DNA of 64,000 nt from an uncultured bacterium (GTDB lineage Bacteria; Acidobacteriota; HRBIN11; JAKEFK01): NCBI GenBank assembly GCA_963777505.1, contig CAVZQN010000004.1, positions 1,632,001 through 1,696,000 on the forward strand, written 5' to 3'. Shown in pieces: positions 57,871-64,000 of the stretch. Numbering within the stretch: position 1 is the first letter of the stretch; the number at the start of each line of letters is the position of its first letter. The position numbers and the translations under genes were made by a program. The notes under the pieces are model-generated. The model did not search any database. It was not told the origin of the DNA and saw nothing but the letters and a program-made list of their open reading frames with translations.

Positions 57871-59571
57871 ATGAGGCGACGGGGATTCAGTGCCATTTTC
57901 TTTTCACTCACCATGATCGTTGGAGTTCCTGCGATCGATGCAGACACTAAAATCAAGAGGAATGGAAGCAAACTCCAATGGGGAAATAAAGAATTAAAGT
58001 TGATCGGATACTCGAGCATCGATCTCATTACAAAATCGGCGCTCCAGGTAAATGTTCCCAACTACCTTGATACTTCGGAATACATGAGGAAGCCTAAAAA
58101 GATCCGGCATGGCGTAAACCTGCAGCGTGTATGGGCCACGGGTTTTTCAAATGTCTTTACTCCGTGTTCCAACGCGCGAATGCCTTTTGCTCAAATTCAG
58201 GATTGTGACAATGGTCCTGTTTATGATCTGTGCATTGATTCTGTGAATGGTTGTACAGCTGTAGGCCTCGATCAGGTTTGGATGGATCGTTTAGATACCG
58301 TTTTACAGGAAGCTGAAAGGAACGGACAAATTGTTCAATTTACATTTTTTGATGCGGTGACTCTGGACAAAGATAGCGGAGGCTCGCCTGCATATCTTCA
58401 TACACCGTGGAACCCTCTGCACAACAACATGCATCAAGAACCGTTGAACTGTACTCAACAAAACGGCGGACTGCCGTTGGATACGAATGGGTCTCAAGAT
58501 GCTTTCCCAGAATTTTACAGGATCAAAAATACTGATGGCACTTTAAATTGTCTTGGATCGATTCAAAAAGCGTTTGTTCAAAAGATTGTTCAATATATCT
58601 GGGACAACGATTATGAGCATGTTTTTTTTGAAGTGATGAATGAAGCGAGAAAAGGACCAGGCGAGCCAGATTCTGTATTTGATGAAATTGCATCCTGGCA
58701 TAACACAGTTGGCGGTTGGATTAAGAATCTACCTGATGGAACGAAAACAAATTTTCTTGTTTCTGCCAGCGTGATTGGTGCTTCTACCAGCCTTGACGGT
58801 TGTACAGGTAGTTGCGCAGGCAATGCATTTAGCGTTTTCACCCAATCAAATATAGATATTGTGGATCTTCATTGGATTACATGGAGGGGATCGAATCTAC
58901 TTGGGAATCCATGTGATACTGCTGCGACAGCAATTCTAAAATTTAATAAACCGGTCATTATCAACACGGATGGTGCTCCAAGATCTGGCGGTGCAGATCG
59001 AGATGACAATTGCATTGTAAAAAACTGGGCCGATACTCTTTTCGGTTGTCAGTCCGCAGGAAGAGTTCACTTCAATCATATGGATGGAACTTTGTTCAAT
59101 GGTTGCACTACAGAAGATCTATGTTTTGATTGTGATTACATGGACCGGCTTGGAGATTCGGCGCCTAAAAAGATTTGCAAAGGCACCAATTGCGAATTTA
59201 TTTCTACATTCTGCGGCACTCCATTCCCATCTCAAAGCTGCTCGCAGCAAACGGTACTTTCGATTGATGCTGTACCATCTAAATCGCTTGTAAAAGCAAA
59301 CGGCGAATTGATTCCAGTTGAAATTCAGGTGGAAGTGACAAAGGCCTTACATTCGCCCGTCAACATTGAACTGATCTCAATTACATCAAATGAATCAAAT
59401 TTTGCTGAAGATATTCTAAGTGCTGGTTATGGCACTGATGATCGTTTGTTTTGGATTAGAGCTGAAAGGAATTTGGCAAATCCCGAAGGAAGAGTTTATC
59501 TGATTACTTACAAAGCGACAGATAAACTGGGGAATGTAGCTTATTCGAAGGCCTCAGTCACAGTTGAATAA
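57871..59571 (+). CDS. Secreted Cys-rich GH-A-clan-like (TIM-barrel) protein with C-terminal Ig-like domain
   Basis: Signal peptide, RL...L..A...G.IVQ.TFFD, HVFFEVMNE, DIVDLH, KPVIINTDG. C-terminal RAER......GRVYLITYKATDK.GN. Confidence 0.55.
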   Translation: MRRRGFSAIFFSLTMIVGVPAIDADTKIKRNGSKLQWGNKELKLIGYSSIDLITKSALQVNVPNYLDTSEYMRKPKKIRHGVNLQRVWATGFSNVFTPCSNARMPFAQIQDCDNGPVYDLCIDSVNGCTAVGLDQVWMDRLDTVLQEAERNGQIVQFTFFDAVTLDKDSGGSPAYLHTPWNPLHNNMHQEPLNCTQQNGGLPLDTNGSQDAFPEFYRIKNTDGTLNCLGSIQKAFVQKIVQYIWDNDYEHVFFEVMNEARKGPGEPDSVFDEIASWHNTVGGWIKNLPDGTKTNFLVSASVIGASTSLDGCTGSCAGNAFSVFTQSNIDIVDLHWITWRGSNLLGNPCDTAATAILKFNKPVIINTDGAPRSGGADRDDNCIVKNWADTLFGCQSAGRVHFNHMDGTLFNGCTTEDLCFDCDYMDRLGDSAPKKICKGTNCEFISTFCGTPFPSQSCSQQTVLSIDAVPSKSLVKANGELIPVEIQVEVTKALHSPVNIELISITSNESNFAEDILSAGYGTDDRLFWIRAERNLANPEGRVYLITYKATDKLGNVAYSKASVTVE

Positions 59572-59588
59572 AGTTTGATGCGAACTTT

Positions 59589-61334
59589 TCACACGGGGCG
59601 GGCGGGGGTTTGAACTTGCGCTGGTAGTTTCACGGTAAATGTTGTTCCAGCATCTGGTTCGCTCTCTACTGAAATTGTGCCACCCATCATCTGGCAAAAT
59701 CGAAGGCTGATAATCAGACCCAATCCGGTGCCGCCATATTTTCGCGCTGTGGTTGAATCTGCTTGCGAAAATGCCTGAAAGAGTCTGCCAAGCTGTTCTT
59801 GTGTCATACCAATTCCGGTATCAGAGACTCGAAACGTAATCCAATCTCCTTCCTGATCATTTGCACGGACAACTTCAAGAGTTACTTTTCCATCTTTTGT
59901 AAACTTGGCTGCGTTACTTAACAAATTAAAGAGAACCTGCCGCAATCGCGTCATGTCGGCATGAATTGTTCCAAGCTCTTTGTTTGGCTCAAAGATCATC
60001 GTATTACCATTCTTTTTCATCAGAGGGCGGACCGTAGTAACAACTTCGTCAAGGAGCCCTGGAAGACCGAAAGGTTCTAAAAATAGGTCCATTTTTCCGG
60101 CTTCAATTTTTGAAAGATCCAGAATGTCATTAATCAGTGCCAGCAAATGCTTGCCGGCCGCCTGGATTTTTTGTAAATCGCCATTAAGGTCTTGCACACC
60201 TAATTCTTGCGCCTCTTCCTGAAGCATTTCGCTATATCCAATAATTGCATTTAATGGCGTTCGAAGTTCGTGGCTCATATTTGCCAGAAACTGACTCTTG
60301 AATTTGTTTGCTTCTTCAGCCACAGACGTAGCGCGTTCGGCTTTCTCTTTTTCGACTTGAAGATTGCGTGTACGATCTTCAACAAGTGACATCAATTCCT
60401 GTTCACGGCTTCGGGCATCATCCTCAATTTTGTTGTAAAGCTTGGAATTTTCGATTGCGACAGCAGCCTGGTTGCCAAACACACTTAAAAATTCCAAATC
60501 TTCGGCAACAAAGCGCATTGGGACAGAAACATTATCAACGTATAAAACACCGATTACTTTTTCACGCGTTTTTAGCGGAACACAAATTGAGGAACGGATT
60601 GACTGCTTCATGATCGAGCTTGTGTCCCCAAAACGTGGATCTTCACGCGCATCGGATGAGATCACTGAAACGCTTTTTTGCAGCACATAGTTCACGATGC
60701 TGCTGCTGTAAATAGTTTCTCCTTCGTGAGTTTCAACAGAAGATCGGGTAATGCGTCCCTCTAGCAATCCGGTTTCTTCGTTGACCATCAGAATAGCCAC
60801 ACGATCAACATCCATAATCACAAACAAGAAATCCACAATCTTCTGAAGCAAGATGTCGATATCTTCCGGCGAAGAGAGAAGTTCACTGACTTCTAAAAGA
60901 ATTTGTAACTTGTCTTTCGATCTCTCCTGAAAATCTTTTTGTTTTATTTTCAGAGCGGAGGTGCTCACTTTGTCGCGTGGTTTTTCAGCGACAAGCAGAT
61001 CTCGAAAGCCTTTGCGGACTCCTGAAGATATTTCATGAAGGATGTGGAGGTCTTCGCGGAATTGAAATTCTGCATCGCCGCACTTTACTGCATCCCCATG
61101 TTTTAAGATGCATTCGGTGATGCGTTCTCCATTTACATACGTACCGTTGCTGCTTTGAAGGTCGCTGAGGACGATGCGTTCTTCATTGACATCGATTCGG
61201 GCATGCATGCGCGAAAGGCTGCCGTCCAGGATTACGATGTCGTTTTCTTTTGCGCGGCCTAGAGTCGTTGGCCCGATTTTTAATTCAAAAATCTGTTCGG
61301 TAGACTGGCCCGGATCCAAAACCAGGCGTGCCAT
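59589..61334 (-). CDS. FHA-GAF-histidine kinase (cytoplasmic)
   Basis: FHA LGR...NDI...SLSR.HA...[15 protein letters not shown]...S...[41 protein letters not shown]. Confidence 0.9.
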   Translation of the reverse strand: MARLVLDPGQSTEQIFELKIGPTTLGRAKENDIVILDGSLSRMHARIDVNEERIVLSDLQSSNGTYVNGERITECILKHGDAVKCGDAEFQFREDLHILHEISSGVRKGFRDLLVAEKPRDKVSTSALKIKQKDFQERSKDKLQILLEVSELLSSPEDIDILLQKIVDFLFVIMDVDRVAILMVNEETGLLEGRITRSSVETHEGETIYSSSIVNYVLQKSVSVISSDAREDPRFGDTSSIMKQSIRSSICVPLKTREKVIGVLYVDNVSVPMRFVAEDLEFLSVFGNQAAVAIENSKLYNKIEDDARSREQELMSLVEDRTRNLQVEKEKAERATSVAEEANKFKSQFLANMSHELRTPLNAIIGYSEMLQEEAQELGVQDLNGDLQKIQAAGKHLLALINDILDLSKIEAGKMDLFLEPFGLPGLLDEVVTTVRPLMKKNGNTMIFEPNKELGTIHADMTRLRQVLFNLLSNAAKFTKDGKVTLEVVRANDQEGDWITFRVSDTGIGMTQEQLGRLFQAFSQADSTTARKYGGTGLGLIISLRFCQMMGGTISVESEPDAGTTFTVKLPAQVQTPARPV

Positions 61335-61355
61335 AGATTGAGTATCCCCCCTAAA

Positions 61356-61433
61356 TTGAAAGATGAACAATGAAATATGAACGCTGAAAGGAGTTCATTT
61401 CATCCTTCATCTTTCATCTTTTATTTTCTAATT
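61356..61433. repeat. Inverted pair of heptamer arrays (TGAAnnA vs TnnTTCA)
   Basis: tgaaaga-tgaacaa-tgaaata-tgaacgc-tgaaagg ... ttcat-ttcatcc-ttcatct-ttcatct-tttattt. Confidence 0.8.
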
Positions 61434-63029
61434 TTACTCCATATCTGACATAAAGATTGGCGGATGATGGAGCATTGTTATTTCCGCAGTTCGTCCCATG
61501 TGACTGCGAGCCATATAAATCGCCTCTGTTAAAGTTGAAGCCCGGTCCCACCCGAGCATTTCAGGCACGTATGTATTGCCTGCAACAGCAATGATTTTGC
61601 TGTAATGTTTTCTGCCATTTTCTGCCCAATACCACATAAAAAATGGATGCGCTCCATGATATGCATTCCCGCGCCGATACATTTGTATGTAATTTGGATC
61701 ATGCGCGAATTCCAGCTCATATTTCTCTCTGAGTTCAAAACTATCTTTTGTTTCAGGCAAAAGCCGGTGAAAAAATTCTATATAACTTGGATGAAAATTC
61801 GGATCAAATTCGTCATAGCATGGATGAGTCAGAATCAAAACGCCGCCTTTTTTTGCGACAGGTTTGTTCCGGTACATGTTATGGAAGTATCCAGGCCCCA
61901 TCACCTGAACGAGTATAGGATTCAAAATCGAATTTACGTTGTATGGAGAGATGTAAGGAATGCCAGTGATAACAATATCGGCTTGTCCTTTTACAGGTAC
62001 TGAATATTGCTCGAAACAATGTTGCAGGATTTTTTCATGAACAAGCTCAGTCTTGCCCGCATAACAAGCGATCATCTTGTAGTTTGAAGGAATTTGAAAA
62101 AACATTTTGCGCTTTGCAGCACGCGGAAGTTTTTCGAGCGTTGCTTTTGTTAAATTGAACAATGCCCAATCACTTTCTTTAAAGTGGTCCTCATTTTTAT
62201 TAAGAAAGCTCATCGGGCCAAGAAACATGTCGTTGTTCAGCGCTGTTTCAATGTGAAAAACATTCATATGCTGATCGACGATTTTGCCCATCCGTTCACA
62301 TTTTCTGCTGAGCTCTGATTTTGCGGGGTCCATGTAACTATCAGAATCGATGATCGTTTGCGGTTCATGATGCGGTCTTAGACTTTCATAATCGCAAAGT
62401 CCGACAGTGACTGATTTATGCCCGCCATCCATAGGAACGAGATTGATGTTGATATAAATTACGAGATCACTTTCTGCGGCTCGCCTGTTGATATTGACCG
62501 GTTCGTGATGACGGGTTTCACCCAGATTGACGATTCCTTCAGGATCTTCGGCGTCGTGACAATAATAGCGATCAGGAAAATAAGCCTTGTGAATTTTTGA
62601 ACCGACGGTGCGTTTCATTTCGCCTTCAGTCATTTTGCGATGTAGCGAATTTGCAATGATGATGTGAATATCTTCGACACCGTGACCGGTCAGCATATCA
62701 AGAACAATTTCGAGAACTTGCTGACGCACATCGGGCGTCTTCATCGGTGGAAGGGGAAGGCTAATATCATCCAGAGCTATCGTGACTTTCATGCCAGGAA
62801 AGAGTTGGGCGTGTAATGGATCACTGCCAAGAGGACGGTTTAATGCGTATCGAATTGCTGCTTCAGGGTTCGGCAAACCTGCGATTGGAGCTTTAGGATA
62901 AATAACGCGAGTTCCGATCGGCAAATCTTCAAGCAGAAAATCTTCACCATAATGAAGAATTCTAGGTTCAGAGTCGCTATCAATGTATGTAATATTTTCT
63001 TCAAGACGGCGACGAAGTATTAAACTCAT
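61434..63029 (-). CDS. Lactate racemase (LarA/DUF2088) domain protein, Elb-cluster type
   Basis: [48 protein letters not shown]. Confidence 0.8.
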   Translation of the reverse strand: MSLILRRRLEENITYIDSDSEPRILHYGEDFLLEDLPIGTRVIYPKAPIAGLPNPEAAIRYALNRPLGSDPLHAQLFPGMKVTIALDDISLPLPPMKTPDVRQQVLEIVLDMLTGHGVEDIHIIIANSLHRKMTEGEMKRTVGSKIHKAYFPDRYYCHDAEDPEGIVNLGETRHHEPVNINRRAAESDLVIYININLVPMDGGHKSVTVGLCDYESLRPHHEPQTIIDSDSYMDPAKSELSRKCERMGKIVDQHMNVFHIETALNNDMFLGPMSFLNKNEDHFKESDWALFNLTKATLEKLPRAAKRKMFFQIPSNYKMIACYAGKTELVHEKILQHCFEQYSVPVKGQADIVITGIPYISPYNVNSILNPILVQVMGPGYFHNMYRNKPVAKKGGVLILTHPCYDEFDPNFHPSYIEFFHRLLPETKDSFELREKYELEFAHDPNYIQMYRRGNAYHGAHPFFMWYWAENGRKHYSKIIAVAGNTYVPEMLGWDRASTLTEAIYMARSHMGRTAEITMLHHPPIFMSDME

Positions 63030-63036
63030 TTTCTTC

Positions 63037-63732
63037 TTACCTCAAATCCAATATTGGCCAATGACTAGAAACTGCTGTGCTCTTCAACCGAAAATCAGGA
63101 TGAACCGCTGTCGGGTGACCTACTACAGATAACATTGGTAAATCACTAATACTATCTGTATAGCAGTAACTGTCACTCAAACTCAAGCCCTCTTTTTCAG
63201 CATAAGAACGGATCCAGGAGGCTTTTGAAGCATTTGCCATGACCGGAGGCAGCAGTCTACCTGTTGCAAATCCGTCGACAAACTCAAGGCGGTTCGTGAT
63301 CCAATCGTCGATTTTCAGATGACGGGCAAGAGGCGCCACCGTTGTGTCGAGTGCCCCTGTTACTATGACCTGTCTTAAGCCCAGACTTCGCGACTTTTCA
63401 ATCAGATCGTAAGCGCCTGGATAGATCGAAGGCAGAATCACATCTTCAAATAATTCCTCGGATAGAAACCGGATCCTATCTTCGGATTCGCCTTTGTACA
63501 TCTTAAAAAATAATTCCTGAAAGGCGGTCCGGCTGTAGGCGTCCGTTGCGAGGAAGGCAGGGACTGCAGAAAAGACGCTGGCAGTTTTGCGGATACTCCG
63601 CAAAATACCTTGCTGATTGCGGGCTTGAAAGAACAAGACATGTACGAGATTCGTTTTTACGAGCGTGCCATCCAGGTCGTAAAATGCTGCAGCCGCCCGC
63701 TTTGACTTCGGTGCCCGTCTTGCACTCCTCAT
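63037..63732 (-). CDS. HAD-superfamily subfamily IB phosphatase
   Basis: [34 protein letters not shown]. Start at MRSARR (63732) after TATAAT. Confidence 0.88.
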   Translation of the reverse strand: MRSARRAPKSKRAAAAFYDLDGTLVKTNLVHVLFFQARNQQGILRSIRKTASVFSAVPAFLATDAYSRTAFQELFFKMYKGESEDRIRFLSEELFEDVILPSIYPGAYDLIEKSRSLGLRQVIVTGALDTTVAPLARHLKIDDWITNRLEFVDGFATGRLLPPVMANASKASWIRSYAEKEGLSLSDSYCYTDSISDLPMLSVVGHPTAVHPDFRLKSTAVSSHWPILDLR

Positions 63733-63777
63733 AAACCGCCTATTATAAACCACAAAGCCTCTTCGTGCCTCTGCGGT

Positions 63778-64000
63778 TAAAAAGATTCTCTTCGCTTTGT
63801 AAATGCGCACCGATCGGTCCAATGATTTCGTGCGGGATGGAAATTCATGGAGGACATCATAGGTCCCGGGAATTTTGTTGAATAAGTCTTCAGTCACACA
63901 AACATATTCATAATTCTTGACGTTTTTGGGATTCATGAACTCACCATACGAAAGGTAACGTACATTGTAACGATCGCCGGGAATTGTTGGACCTGTTGGA
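63778..64000 (-). CDS. 3' end of an upstream gene (unknown, possibly a glycosyltransferase soluble domain), stop probably lost to a homopolymer indel
   Basis: Frame is open from the window edge: PTGPTIPGDRYNV...YDVLHEFP...VRIYKAKRIF. Removing one T from the T5 run gives TAA immediately followed by the 3'-end repeat. Confidence 0.5.

Noticed and set aside
51336-61433. Prophage or integrative element
   Set aside because: No integrase, transposase, phage genes, tRNA or att-like repeats seen.
63037-63936. HAD protein with a 68-aa N-terminal extension or gene fusion
   Set aside because: The extension runs through the 3'-end repeat and a -10 box. One fewer T at 63779-63783 restores the upstream gene's stop.
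1-64000. Numerous 60-160 aa ORFs overlapping or antisense to called genes
   Set aside because: Shadow ORFs without motifs or start signals.

Overview
A 64-kb, gene-dense bacterial chromosomal window. Gene content (an alternative complex III/caa3 operon, an ElbD-type lipid enzyme, many secreted beta-propeller and peptidase proteins) suggests Acidobacteriota or a similar soil lineage, which is an inference. At least ten single-base indels break otherwise intact genes, including coxA and coxB, which points to an unpolished long-read assembly rather than pseudogenes. Main blocks: (i) a stand-alone RnfD/NqrB-like membrane protein followed by two tandem Cys-conserving DUF2330 secreted proteins; (ii) a GcvT-like gene divergent from two phytoene-dehydrogenase-like flavoproteins, with a tandem operator between them; (iii) an 11.6-kb actABCDEFG-sco-coxBACD respiratory operon; (iv) an osmoprotectant ABC transporter plus a Rieske oxygenase; (v) an aconitase-family fusion with the small-subunit domain first; (vi) an Elb-type ether-lipid gene set (HAD, LarA/DUF2088, FAR-ACS-ACP-acyltransferase, SDR) split by about 10 kb. 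The non-coding DNA carries three repeat systems: palindromic REPs, inverted heptamer arrays, and a non-palindromic ~18-nt motif (AACCGCAGAGGCGCAAAG-like). That motif occurs about 14 times, nearly always on the sense strand at a gene 3' end and sometimes translated. Several genes appear leaderless. No rRNA, tRNA, CRISPR array or transposase was seen.
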